In this document: in pieces, positions 27,401 through 38,826 of the stretch | How the letters are laid out: each line of letters opens with the position of its first letter | Numbering within the stretch: the stretch's first letter is position 1 | Source of the DNA: Mayamaea pseudoterrestris | Lineage: Eukaryota | Assembly: GCA_027923505.1 (NCBI GenBank) | Contig: BROI01000028.1 | Span: forward strand, 124,001 to 188,000 | Direction of reading: 5' to 3' | DNA length: 64,000 nt | Notes under the pieces: generated by a model | The model's database searches: none | Told to the model about the DNA's origin: nothing | What the model saw: only the letters and a program-made list of their open reading frames with translations | Made by a program: the position numbers and the translations under genes

Positions 27401-29343
27401 ACGCAACATGGAAGTGGCGCTTTCTCTTTACAAAGGTTAGTCGAAACAAATTGATCCTTCCGCGTCATGAGAAAAAATTTGTGTCAGAACTGGCTTTAAA
27501 ATGGCTCAATGGGAAGTCTCCTAGTTTTTCTTGGGCTCATCCACATTGCCTGCTCCTTTCGGAGATACCGCCTCAAGTTGATGATAAGAATCTGTACACA
27601 TCATTTGCGTCAGCTCTATCTTCCACGTGTGGAAAAGTAGGCAGCTGCTTGCGCATCATTCGCTTGGGCGACGCTAAAACTTGTTCTGTTTGGTCTGCGT
27701 ATGTCCAATTTGAGCGAAAAGCACATTATGACTCAGTGGGCAGGATGCTGAAGCGAGCCGGTGGCATTAAAGTGGACGTATCACACCCTGTACCCAATAT
27801 CGAAAACCAACTGGCAGCAGCCTCTGCTAGCTTGCAAATGGCGAAGGCGGAGTTGGAAGTATACGCGTGTGCTACAAACCAGGGGAAGGTCAAGAAAGCC
27901 GAGAAAGCACTTCGATTTGCAGAACTTGGGCTTCGGATGTTTGCTAAGGATAAGAATCAACCTCAACATATCACTTGTGCTCCGTCAATTCACAGTCTTC
28001 GAGATTCTGAACCAAAACATACCAGTTCGCTATTATCGCGACTTGATGCATCCATCGACAAGTTAGCCAGAGCAATATCAATCGCTGCTGCCGATAAATT
28101 AAAAGCTGAGCGACAGAGTATTCATTTCAAGCGGATCATTGAAAATGGACAGGCTTCAGCTATCAGCGCCACCAGCGCCTTCGACAGCCTGCAGCATCTT
28201 AGGAACGGCAATGCGGATCGCACACAGTGCCCCGTCTGCATTAGCCCTCTCGGCCAGGAAGAGTGTAGTGAAGGACTGGTCTCGGTTACTCCCTGTGGCC
28301 ATCTGTTTTGCCGCGGCTGTCTTGGGAGCTATTTCGCTAATCATTATGCGAATGCGCCTCCATGTATAGCTTGTCGCAAGCCCCTACAAATCCACGAAAT
28401 CAGAACAGTGGACCCAAGCGCCAGTTCAGATTCTGATAACATGGAAACCCGTAGATTGTCTGCAAAGGACAAAATTCGGCAGGCTGCAGTCATTTTAGAA
28501 CAAAGCAATGGCCTGCTCCCTCCAGACCTTTGGGAGGCCCTATATCTTGCCATTGATCAGCCGCTTGATGCCCAACGGTCTGCACATTCAATCCACACAG
28601 CCATTCCAGGCTTATTTCTTGCGCATTTACGAAACGCAACAAGTATGGCTCGCGACGTTGATTCACACACGAATTCTACGGACGCAACACATTTATCGAG
28701 CAAGATCCGAGCGCTACTAGCTGATATTCCCAAAGATGAGCGCAGCGTGGTCTTCACATGTTCCAAGTATGGCGTAAAGCTTCTTGTAAACGTCTTGAAT
28801 ACTTTTGGAGTCGGCTGCCGATGTTTATTCAATGGTCAAGACGAGACGACGTCGGAACGGGCACTTGAAGAGTGGAAGCAGTTGGACGAGGTCCGCGTGC
28901 TGGTGGTCCAGTCGGGAGCCGCAGCTTGCGGTTTGTACGTATATGCGTAGCACATTTACGCTGAGTGCTGCATTCGCCATCTCACTTTTGAATTCTTCGT
29001 GTGCAGAACATTGACAGCGGCCTCTAAAATGTTTATACTCGAGCCATTTATCAAACACGAAGAAGAAAAACAGGCTTACGCTCGCCTTCATCGCTACGGG
29101 CAGACGAAAGAAGTTATTTGTAAGGTATACTATACGCCGGTCTCAGTGGAGTCTCGCCTCTTAGAATGGCGGAAGCGCATCGGTGGCTCCATAACGCACA
29201 CTGATGGAAACATTCTCTATGCGCCTCTCCGTAACAACATTTCCTATGATGCCCAGGATGATGATGTGGACCAGTTTTTGCTTGGCATCAACCACGACAC
29301 CTCCATATCTATGGACACTTTCGTGGAGGATGAAGGTGCTTAG
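24495..29343 (+). CDS. SNF2-family (Rad5/Rad16-like) helicase-ATPase with C3HC4 RING (1566 aa; introns 25833-25908 and 28935-29006)
   Basis: Splicing restores Walker A GGLLCDEMGLGKT. Also LIVVPPALVSQW, VVLDEMQ, WMLSGTP, MLRRSK, RING CPVC..PCGHLFCRGC..CIAC, motif V CGLTLTAAS and motif VI QAYARLHRYGQ. Exon lengths sum to a multiple of 3. Confidence 0.88.
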
Positions 29344-29481
29344 CGATAACTGGGGGGCTTGTCGACGACAACCATACAATAACAGATACTCAATAACAGG
29401 ATACTCACTAAGAACCCGACAAATGAACCCAACTAAACTTTATTCAAAAACGCTAGAGGACATCCAACACTAGTCGCATCT

Positions 29482-30822
29482 TTATGTATTGTGTTCTACT
29501 TTGGGTTGCTGAAGCTTATCGCGAGCAATATCCACATGTGGGTTTTGCTCTTTGACAAGCTTTATAGCAGCTTCTACATCCTGGTTGTTCTCATTGCCGC
29601 CAATTATTAACGTTGTCAAGCTAGGGATACCATTCATCAAACTCTTCAACACTTTTATGACAGCATCACCCCCTGCATCGTTACCAGCAAGGTCCAGAGA
29701 GACCAGGGCGGCATTTGATCCCTTCTTCATCCGGTCAGCGAGGAGCATGAAACCATCGGAACCAAGTCGGTTACCAAAAAGGCGCAGCGAGGCTGTCGGG
29801 CACTCCAGTGTGGCAGTGACAGCAGCCATTGCACCGCAGTCCGTCTCGCTCAAATCCAACGATAACATATTTGCATCGCGAGTCTTGAGGGCCGATAAAA
29901 TGGACAGCACACCTTCCTCGTCCAGTTTGTTGCCCGATAAGTTGAGTTCAACAAGACTGGGGAGCTTGAGATTATCTGCGGAGGACGTGCCAAGAAGCGA
30001 TGCCAATGCGAGTGCTCCAACCGACGTGAGTTCATTCTTGGACAAGTCAAGAACTTGCAGTCCTCGCATGCACCACGAATCCATCGCATGAAGCTTTTGC
30101 ATTGCATCATCGCCAATTCGACAGCCAGACAGATATAGCTTCTCAATGTGGCTAATGTTGTTCGCCGCAGTGAGCATGGTGACATTAACATTGTTGTCAA
30201 GACGTAGCGACATTGAATGTTCCGGCCGCGTAAAAGTCAGCATATCCTCGACGAATTCGTTATCAACATTACAGTCCGACAAATCCATTTCTTTAACAAT
30301 TCGCAAGAACGAGCTGTCTGGTGGCAATTCCTCTCGCAAGCGCAGCCGACATACACAAATAGATGGATTTCTTGAGAGATTCAAACGTTGCAAGTGTTGG
30401 CTCACTCCAAAAGTCTCTAGAATCCGCATCAAGCCCTTTCGACGTATTCCCTTGTAGCTCAGATCAATGTCAACAATTGGGTTATTCTGAATGCCAGCTG
30501 CTGCAAGCCCGTCACAGAGAGCAACGACTCCTTCGTCGCCCATTTCTGAATGTCCAATCGCTAAAGTCGTCATGACGGTCTGCCCGCCAATGGCTTGGCC
30601 CAGTCGAAACAACGACTCGTTGGAGACAGCATGTCCGGAAGCACTGAGACTTTTCCAATGAGTGTTGCTCCTACTCTCGAGCACGCTGACAAGCCTTGCG
30701 ACCTCGGCATCGCCAAAGGACTTTGTCGACAAGACGGTGAGCTCCTTGAGGGTTGGATCGTTTTCCTCGAGGCGCTGTAGGAGCGATTCGCATGACCGAA
30801 ACGATGATCCCCAAACAGTCAT
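29482..30822 (-). CDS. Leucine-rich repeat protein (ribonuclease-inhibitor-like LRRs)
   Basis: Repeated LxxLxLSxNxL/IGDxG units (e.g. LQVLDLSKNEL, LVELNLSGNKL, LVSLDLAGNDAG). Start placed at MTVWG. Confidence 0.85.
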   Translation of the reverse strand: MTVWGSSFRSCESLLQRLEENDPTLKELTVLSTKSFGDAEVARLVSVLESRSNTHWKSLSASGHAVSNESLFRLGQAIGGQTVMTTLAIGHSEMGDEGVVALCDGLAAAGIQNNPIVDIDLSYKGIRRKGLMRILETFGVSQHLQRLNLSRNPSICVCRLRLREELPPDSSFLRIVKEMDLSDCNVDNEFVEDMLTFTRPEHSMSLRLDNNVNVTMLTAANNISHIEKLYLSGCRIGDDAMQKLHAMDSWCMRGLQVLDLSKNELTSVGALALASLLGTSSADNLKLPSLVELNLSGNKLDEEGVLSILSALKTRDANMLSLDLSETDCGAMAAVTATLECPTASLRLFGNRLGSDGFMLLADRMKKGSNAALVSLDLAGNDAGGDAVIKVLKSLMNGIPSLTTLIIGGNENNQDVEAAIKLVKEQNPHVDIARDKLQQPKVEHNT

Positions 30823-31080
30823 GGCTTGTGTACTAGAAGATATCAACTTGCAGTATATTTGTGTGTCGGAATAGAGAAAAGGGAGAGGCTCTGTCGGCTG
30901 AGAAAATGTGTCGCGCGCAGATCTTTCGTTGGTCGCGCGAGTCTGTCGCAACGCGATCGATATCCGTTTTTTGTTTTGACAGACTGTATATATACGTATC
31001 GGTTCTAACGATTCGAGTCGGTAGAAATGGCAGTCTGGGCAGCTGTAACCAGCTTTTAAAATAGTATATCTATTCCAAAC

Positions 31081-32091
31081 CTATGTTCGCACTTTTCGTC
31101 GCTTCGGGACCGCCTGCTGCTCGCACTCATGGTCGGAATCGTCGCTCAAAACGCCGTCCTGGTCGACTGCGCCATCCAGTGAAGACTCGTCCTCCTTCTC
31201 CCAGTCGGGAGTCTTGGTATCCAGCATGTAGTCATCACGAAAAGCGTTCCATTGCTTCTTGTCCGAGGTTGCTGGCGGTGCCAAGTCCGAGTTGGTTCCA
31301 GCAGCCGCCTTGGCCTTGCTCTTGATCAGGTCCAGGAAGCTATTCTTTGTCATCTTTGCTGCCGGCAAATCCTTCTTGTTACCTGCTGCAGAGGAAGTTT
31401 GCTGTTTTTCGTTGGATAGACCTTGTCCATTTTGATGCTGCGCAATGGCATTGAACAAGGCAACGACACCACGGGTGGCAATTCTTCGATGCGCTCGCTC
31501 CTGCTGCAGCTCGGCCTGCAAACCCGACGTAACACTCTGCACACTCGAGGCAGACGTTGCCACGGACAGCGGAATATGAAGGGCCGCCAGGTTGCGTTCC
31601 CGATTCACTTGCTTCTTCTCCTTGAGTTCCTTCTCGCGCTGCTTTTCCAATTCTGCTTGCTTTTGCAACGGAGTTTTGGTCTTGCTGAGAACAACGGATG
31701 GAGCCTTGGTAGGCTGCGTTCCTAAAATTCTTGCCATGGCTCCAGCCATGCCCATTGTGGCGTTTGTGTTCGCATCGGATTCGTCGTCGTCGTCCGTGTC
31801 ATCCTCGCTGCTGCCATCATCGTGAGGAGCTTCATCTTTCTGCTGCACTTTTTCTGTTCTTCTCCCTTTTGGCTGAATTTTATCATTTGTACTTCCTTCA
31901 TCCGATTCTTCGTCTGTCTCTTCCGCGTCGGCAGCGTAGTCGACTCGAATTGGTGCATCGCTTTTCTCGACGTTGTCAACAATGTCAAGATCGTCATTGT
32001 CCTCTTCCTCGCTAGATCCCGCAAAGCGATTCAAATCAGCTGGAGGCGGCTTGGCAACAGACTTCTTTTGCTTCTTGTTGTGGCGAGGCAT
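31081..32091 (-). CDS. RRP15: Rrp15-family pre-rRNA processing protein
   Basis: Acidic/basic low-complexity N-terminus, AMARIL, and the family motif RRIATRGVVALFNAI. Confidence 0.8.
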   Translation of the reverse strand: MPRHNKKQKKSVAKPPPADLNRFAGSSEEEDNDDLDIVDNVEKSDAPIRVDYAADAEETDEESDEGSTNDKIQPKGRRTEKVQQKDEAPHDDGSSEDDTDDDDESDANTNATMGMAGAMARILGTQPTKAPSVVLSKTKTPLQKQAELEKQREKELKEKKQVNRERNLAALHIPLSVATSASSVQSVTSGLQAELQQERAHRRIATRGVVALFNAIAQHQNGQGLSNEKQQTSSAAGNKKDLPAAKMTKNSFLDLIKSKAKAAAGTNSDLAPPATSDKKQWNAFRDDYMLDTKTPDWEKEDESSLDGAVDQDGVLSDDSDHECEQQAVPKRRKVRT

Positions 32092-32381
32092 GGTTGCTAT
32101 GTGGACTGTATACCGTACAAGTAAAAGGCGACGATGCTACGACGGAACGAGTTGAATACATTGCGAGACCTTCGAAACGATTGGCAGTGCGTGAGTACCG
32201 CAGACAAGTCCTTGTCTTTTCAAGATTGCGTTTGGATCTTCTCACCGGGTCATTCATGTCATTCATGTGCGCGCCTCTTTGATGCTTCCTCGCGTTTTTG
32301 CAGCCTTCATTTCGCTCGACTGGACTTAGAGTCGTATCTCAAGCTGTATTCTAGTTGAAGGCCCTTATACATATTAGCATC

Positions 32382-33324
32382 ATGTCTCTTGCCAAGAGCG
32401 GAAGCACTGATAAGTACTCGGCTATTGCCGTGGAGGAGCCAACGGCGGAAGCAGTCTGCATCAGCAGCTATCCACTCGTGAATGCTTCCGTCGCGGAGCA
32501 GGTTGTACTCGTGGCCCCGAGTGACATGCCGGGTGGCTACGAGTTTGCGGCCAGCGTCAATGGAACAACGGTGACTGTCAAGGTGGTACGTTGAATGGCG
32601 TTGCGATTGATGAATGAGAGAGTTGCGTAGGAACAATATTCTGATTCTGATTGAATTGTTCTTTCGTTTCTATCTGCAGCCTTCTCGGGGAGTTACTCAG
32701 GGCGATACCTTCACAGCCACCATTATCGACCCCTTGTATTCTCATAGGATTCCTACTGGTCGCTGGCGACATGGCATTTGTGACTGCCTTCGCTACGGAT
32801 GCGGCAACCCCATGTGTTGGGTTGCCTGCTGCTGGCGTCCCATTGCGCTGGGTCAAGTCATGACTCGCATGGGTCTGAATGCCTGCGGAACGCCGACTAG
32901 TCGAGATGCTTACTGGACTGCATTCAAGGTGCTTGCGCTCGTCTTTTTGGGCACGGTCTTTGTGGATCAAGTCATTACGCGATCGACGAGCGCCTACTAC
33001 CTTACTCAAACGGACGAGTATGGTAACCCAGACTACTCAAAGATTCCTGCGTCTGTGATTCTTGCGTGGGGTATTCAAGGTGGCATGAGGACTGTATACT
33101 TTTTCTATATGTTATTCTTGATGATTCGCACCAGAGCTCATATTCGTCACAAGTATCAAATTCCGGAAACGTCGTGCAGAGGCTGCGAGGATTGCTGCTG
33201 CTCATTCTGGTGTTCCTGCTGCACTGTATTGCAAATGGCGCATCATACGGCCGACTGTGATGCCTATCCTGGCAGCTGCTGCACCGAGAGTGGAATGCCG
33301 CCTGAGGCGCCGCATGTTGTTTAA
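32382..33324 (+). CDS. PLAC8-family cysteine-rich membrane protein (282 aa; intron 32586-32679)
   Basis: GRWRHGICDC..CC motif and RTRAHIRHKYQIPE..CEDCCCSFWCSCCTVLQMAHH. The GT-AG intron joins the exons in frame. Confidence 0.85.
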
Positions 33325-33457
33325 TGGGCTGATGAAATGAATGTTGAATGGTGGTAGTAAAGATACTATCGCTTACTTGTTAACTCAACTATAGGCTTGC
33401 CATAGGCTGGTGTATACTGCTTGTAAGAATATGTATATGTATCAAGTACAAAATTGC

Positions 33458-34804
33458 TCAATCGTCCGCCGACGTCCGTCTCACATTTTGCTTCTTGGTC
33501 TTGCTTTTGAAACCAGTCTTTTTGAAGGCGACAGTCTCTTTTCCTTCCGATAACTTTTTACTAAACTCATGGACATCCATCTTTGGCTCGTCGTGAATTG
33601 AGACACCCTTGTAGCCATCCTTAGTCCGACTCCAAACGTCAAATGCACCAAGTGCAGAATCATCCGCATTTGACACCTTGGCTTCCTCCATCTTGCGCGC
33701 CTCCGCTTCCTTGGCCTTTCGCAAATCCTCCATGGCTTCGGCTTTTCTCTTTTCGCGCAAACGACCACGCTCCTCCTTAACTTCTTGGCGTACCGTGGTG
33801 CGCTTGACTTTAACCGTCGTCCACGAGGATAAGCCAGTTGCCTCATCGATTTCCACCTCATCCTCGTTCTTGACGACAATCTCTTCTCCGCCCATGGCTA
33901 GCAAGCGAGCTTCTTCGACATTGTCGGGTATACTTGGGTCGGCTCCAAGCTCAATGCGAATTCTATTTAGTGAAACTGACTTGAGCAGCGTCTCCTGCGT
34001 GTCGTCATTTGTCTGCAGATACGAAAGATCCACCACCAAGCGATCCTCCAGTTCCGTCGCCGACAAATTCTCTCGCACAGCAATGACAAGAGCATTCTTC
34101 CAATACATGTCGCGCTCGGGCAGCTGCTTTTCGGCATTATTCGCCAAGAGTGCGCCGGTCCAGACTTGGATTGGCATGTCCGCCTCCAAAATATTTCCAA
34201 AAGCAACACCTTCTAGAAACGTTTTGCTATCGCGAGTATAAACGCCTTGTCCAGGTGCAAGTTTTAGTTTGAAGCGCTTTTTACTGCTAAATGCATGGTC
34301 GTCTTCTTCGTCGCCATCGTCGGCTTTGCGTTTGCTTTCACTACGTTCCTTCTTTCGAGACTCCCACTCCTTCCTCTCCTGCTTTGACGACATTGTCTCA
34401 ATCTTTGGCGCTGACGGTGGCGGAGGTGGTGGAAGTGCGTATGAAGAAGACACTGTATGCATTGGTTGGGCGTAGCTACTTGCAATCGGTACCCCATATC
34501 GATCCATTACCGCTGGTTGCATTGACATTGGCCCAGACGGCACTGCATACCGCCCTGACTCTTGCGCCATATTTTGTCGCGCTGCCTGTTCCATCTTCTC
34601 AAGAGACTTTTGCATAAAGCTTTGCTGCTGTTCTTGCTGTCTCTTTTCCAGCCTCTGCTGATCCAACTGTTTGCTCACGTTTTCCTGGTGCTTCTTGCCA
34701 TTGTTGTGGAGGAGGATCGACTGGCGATCGCTTCCCATCCACGCGTTGCAAGCGGCGCAGTAGTGCCGCTCATTATTCTCCCACGGAGCTTGCCGGCGTG
34801 ACAT
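33458..34804 (-). CDS. U1/matrin-type zinc-finger protein, WBP4/FBP21-like N-terminus
   Basis: RHYCAACNAWM..SILLHNNGKKHQENV zinc finger, followed by coiled-coil and a Lys-rich C-terminus. No clear WW domain seen. Confidence 0.65.
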   Translation of the reverse strand: MSRRQAPWENNERHYCAACNAWMGSDRQSILLHNNGKKHQENVSKQLDQQRLEKRQQEQQQSFMQKSLEKMEQAARQNMAQESGRYAVPSGPMSMQPAVMDRYGVPIASSYAQPMHTVSSSYALPPPPPPSAPKIETMSSKQERKEWESRKKERSESKRKADDGDEEDDHAFSSKKRFKLKLAPGQGVYTRDSKTFLEGVAFGNILEADMPIQVWTGALLANNAEKQLPERDMYWKNALVIAVRENLSATELEDRLVVDLSYLQTNDDTQETLLKSVSLNRIRIELGADPSIPDNVEEARLLAMGGEEIVVKNEDEVEIDEATGLSSWTTVKVKRTTVRQEVKEERGRLREKRKAEAMEDLRKAKEAEARKMEEAKVSNADDSALGAFDVWSRTKDGYKGVSIHDEPKMDVHEFSKKLSEGKETVAFKKTGFKSKTKKQNVRRTSADD

Positions 34805-35398
34805 GTTTACAGTATGTGTATCTGCAAAGTAAAGGGTTGTAAAGGACGAGTAGGCTATAATCGCTGCGCCTTCGTGTCATCGTCCTTTCGCGGTTGTGGT
34901 CTCGGTCGCACAAAATTAGCAGTCTTGGTGCGACGCGAGCAAGTTTTGAACGTGTCCGTTTCACTTCCGATCCCGCGGTGTGCGTGGCTGGCCACGAATG
35001 AAAAATCTCCATCCAATGATGTTGACGTTTCGCATGCTTCGACCTATTTACTTAACGCATTGGCTTGTAACCGCAAGCACATGAAAGTTCCATTAAGTAA
35101 AGTCTCACTTTCAGCGAACGAATCGGATCATTTCCAACGCGCCTTGATCACGGCCATGCGCGTCATCGAATGACGGCAGAGTCTCATTGGTTGGCGACCA
35201 TGGGCCTGGTTTGACGAATCGATGCGGGTGGAGCGTTGGTCTTCCTTTCACGAACGCCGGATATTTATTTAGCGCGACGGCGTGCGAGGCTGCCGGCCCG
35301 CACTTTTGATTCCTTTTCTCCGCTTTCCTTGGCAGATCACCATTGAAGGATTCCTCCAACCAACTTCGTTCAACAAGCTACTTTAGTCAAGGAGCAGT

Positions 35399-36587
35399 AT
35401 GAGTCTCACTCGAAATCATAGTAGTCTTGAATTACTCTGTCAGACGGCTGGAGCTTTGGAGGCTTGCGATGGTGGGAACGAACCTCTGCTGGAAGCTGTT
35501 CCACAAATGGACATGCCTCGAGTTTCTCCCACCAATCTCGTTGCAGGTGGAGCATCAAGTACTACTCCGATCATAGCACCGACGCAAAGCCCGTTTGACA
35601 ATTCGTCATTTGTGAGCAGTAGTCGGGCCAATAGCAGTCAGTACTTGGTCGGAACCTCTCCGTCGCATGACAGTTTTTCAGGTTCCGGCTTTGAGGATGA
35701 CGATGACATGGAGGACCCGGCCGTTCCAAGTCAGCATCGTCCATGGGTGCTCAACGACGGACATCATGTTGTAAACATTCGAGAGAGCTACATTAAGACA
35801 CTTGGTCAGCCGAGTCGCATCGCTGGGCATCAACCATCCTTTGCTCCGAGCGGTCGGTCATCGTCGTTCTGTCCGCCCATTCCAACGTTGAGACACACTA
35901 GAGGATACCCTACCCATGACAATGGAGCAAACCCCATTTACAGCCCCGTCATTGGATATGACAATCGCCATGCGATGTCCCAGACGCAAGCGTACATGGA
36001 TGCTTCCTCCGCTGGAGGTGCAGGTTGGCCTTCCGTGCAAGACCTGGTTGCTGAAAACTCCCACCTTCGCTCGCAACTCTGCGACAAGGATCGATACATT
36101 GAGAGTCTCATGGCCGAAGTTAGCAACCTGCAGGGACAAGTTTCGAGTCTCAAGTCATTGCCGGTTGGCAAGATTTCGCAGATTCCAGTAGAGTAAGTCG
36201 TTTGTTGTTGTTCACACTGACGATGACATGATGGATGCGATCAAAGATAAATTGGCACTGCTAACCCTTTTCACATTCTTCTTTTTCCACAGCGACTTGC
36301 TGGAAATTATGCGAGAGTACGGATCTGAAGTGTCCGAGAATGCCGTTCCTCCGCGCAAGGGCGACGTTCAAAAGGCCAGTGTTGTTCGCCAGTTTCGCCG
36401 CTGGAACCCCAGCTTCTTTGAGTACTTTGAGCATCGCCACGGCAGATGGGTTCCCAAGCTCGGCAAGAAGGGAGAGTTGGAGCGCCGCGAACGTATCCGT
36501 CATGCGCATACCACCAAGGGTGCGACTCTGCGCAAGCCCGGAGCAGCTTGTTACTCGAAGCGTCACCGTCTCCCGTCGTCCAAGTAA
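35399..36587 (+). CDS. Hypothetical protein with coiled coil and basic C-terminal domain (362 aa; intron 36193-36292)
   Basis: Long ORF, leucine-heptad segment LVAENSHLRSQL..LQGQVSSL, and a GTAAGT..CACAG intron joining in frame to ..VVRQFRRWNPSFFEYF..WVPKLGKKGELERR. Confidence 0.7.
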
Positions 36588-36972
36588 CGTTCCTTTTACC
36601 GTCCAATACAGTACACGACATGCATACAAGAGAGCAATACAAAGAGAGTCATACGCACTCTTTATAGAAAAATATAGAAGAAAGAAAGAACGATAATCAT
36701 AGATGGAATACAATTATATATGTGACATATATAAATGGAGAAACGTTTCAGCCTTATAGCAAATTGATGGTAGTATTATGGTCGGAATGCGTTTGTACTG
36801 TTACTGTAAAGTACCTGCAACTCCCCGCCAAGTTGGGCTGCGTTGGCTAGCTGACACCGAGTACCGGAACGACGTGAGTCACGCCGCGCTTTATCCGATC
36901 ATCCATCCATTATCGTCAACACTTCGACGTCGAATCCTTCTTGAATCTAAAGCATCCACCTTTCTATACATA

Positions 36973-37623
36973 ATGCAGCAGCAAGCATTCCTCGTCAATG
37001 AGTTCCGCGCCGGTGTCACAGCATGCCTTCGGTCGTGGTCGCCACTGAAGCATGCCGCTGAAGCTGGCTGGGGCGGAGTCGATTCCGTCAAAAAGGCGGA
37101 CGACTTGCGGCAAATCATTATCGATCAAATGGAAACGGGCCAACTGGCAGATCCGATGGATTTAGAAGATAACTTGGCAATCTATATGGAGGAAGAATTT
37201 AGTCTTCAACTGGAAGACGGGTCGGAGCGACAAGTTGCCGAATGCATCTGGACCATGTTTGAACAATGTCGTCGAAACGATGCAACACTCGTGCACCAAG
37301 TCATTCAAGGTGCGGAACAAGCTGCAGTGATTGCTCAAGCGTTTCCATCACAAGTTCAAAACGAGGACGACGATGACGATGAAGACATGGATGATGGTGA
37401 CCAGGCTGACGATGCAGTGCCACAGCTGTCAGTCGCCGACTTGCTGCAGCAGCAACCTGAATACGCTACGCAATCACTCTTTGGAAAACCCAAAACGGTG
37501 CCACAATTTCAGGCACAGCCTGTAAGACAATTGGGAGAAAAGGTGGAATCGTCTGAAAATCGAATGGATGCGGACGAGGATGGGTTTGCAGTCGTTGCGA
37601 AAGGGCGACGGAAAGCGAAATAA
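36973..37623 (+). CDS. TSR2: Pre-rRNA-processing protein TSR2 (WGG domain)
   Basis: FRAGV..W..L..A..GWGGVDS..K, EEEFSLQLEDGS, and an acidic tail ending DEDGFAVVAKGRRK. Confidence 0.85.
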   Translation: MQQQAFLVNEFRAGVTACLRSWSPLKHAAEAGWGGVDSVKKADDLRQIIIDQMETGQLADPMDLEDNLAIYMEEEFSLQLEDGSERQVAECIWTMFEQCRRNDATLVHQVIQGAEQAAVIAQAFPSQVQNEDDDDDEDMDDGDQADDAVPQLSVADLLQQQPEYATQSLFGKPKTVPQFQAQPVRQLGEKVESSENRMDADEDGFAVVAKGRRKAK

Positions 37624-37799
37624 ATAGCTGCAATGCATTATTAGAAGGGTTATATCATATTGTTTAAAAGTCTTGTGAGGCGCTTGTAAAATTGAACTCT
37701 AGTGAGCTCATTTCCTACTGCAAAAACTGGACATTCTTTTCCAAGAAGGATTCAATCGTCTCAAAGCTCACGAATATAATGCCTTGAACTACATGCAAG

Positions 37800-38455
37800 C
37801 GTACTCAAATACACCAAATGGTCAACATGCTTTGTTCAGGCTGGCGTTGGTATCCTGGCTAGATGTCACAGGGACAGCAATGCTATTGGTGACATTTCAC
37901 CATTGTTCAGTGTTCAGTTCCGCGACGTTCGAACGCCCATGAAAGTAAATGACTCCAGAATGGTGCCAACATATTATTCAGGGGGCTACAAGTGGTGCCT
38001 GCATGTCTCAGGGGAGCAATATATTGGTACCACCAGTCTCAGCCAGCAGATGCCTTGACACTCAAATGCATATAGAACAAGCCATGTATACACCCAAAGC
38101 ACACAAGATGGTGCCAACATCGTTGTTAAGGATGTGTTGCAAGATGGTATGCCTGGCTGGTGTCTCAGTAGACTGCAATGTGACTGGTAAGAACTTCTCA
38201 CCAGTCTCAGCCCGCAGTTGCCTTGACATTCAAAGCCCATAGAATGAACAAGCCATGTATACACCCAAAGCACACAAGAATGGAGCCAATAACATTGTTA
38301 AGGATGCGCTACAAGATGGTATGCCTGGCTGGTGTCTCAGTAGACTGCAATGTGACTAAGGAGAACTTCTCACCAGTCTCAGCCCACAGATGCCTTGCCA
38401 TTCACATGCCCATACAGCAAACCATGTTTTAGACCAAATACCAAGGTATGGTATA
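37800..38455 (-). repeat. Orphan island of ~4 diverged 169-bp satellite monomers, inverted relative to the main array
   Basis: The + strand carries reverse-complement satellite words (ATGACTCCAGAATGGTGCCAACA, GCCATGTATACACCCAAA at 38081 and 38252, CAAGATGGTATGCCTGGCT, TCACCAGTCTCAGCC). Spacing is ~170 bp. Confidence 0.92.
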
Positions 38456-38826
38456 TACATTGACATACAAGTCAAAAATCCTAGTCGTAAATTTGTCCCT
38501 GGCACACGGACACAAGAAATTCTGAAGTCACTGGACCCTAGGATTCATTGCTTTTGCACTCACTTGACATGTATCATCCGGGTCAGTGAAAAAAAGTAGC
38601 TGGAAGTAATGGCTATGATGGGAAATCGTTTGGGGCTTTTTTTAAGTAATTACTTCGCGTCGTTCCGGCACTTACAATACACTTAAATTGGGTTCGGCAC
38701 GCCGGGGGAGCTTCGACAAGCCAGCCGGGCACCTAAACGCTCACACGCGCCACCAAAACCATTTGCGACGTCGGCAACTCCATGTGAAAGACCTTTCGTA
38801 GTGGCGCAGGTCACTTTTAAAGGTGC

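Noticed and set aside
24495..29343. DNMT5 (methyltransferase-SNF2 fusion) next to methylated satellite
   Set aside because: No cytosine-methyltransferase motifs were recognised in the N-terminal exon; only SNF2 and RING are supported.
31081..37623. Ribosome-biogenesis cluster (RRP15, TSR2)
   Set aside because: Two genes separated by unrelated ones; compatible with chance in a gene-dense genome.
37949..38599. Short ORFs in the orphan satellite island
   Set aside because: They are translations of degenerate satellite sequence.
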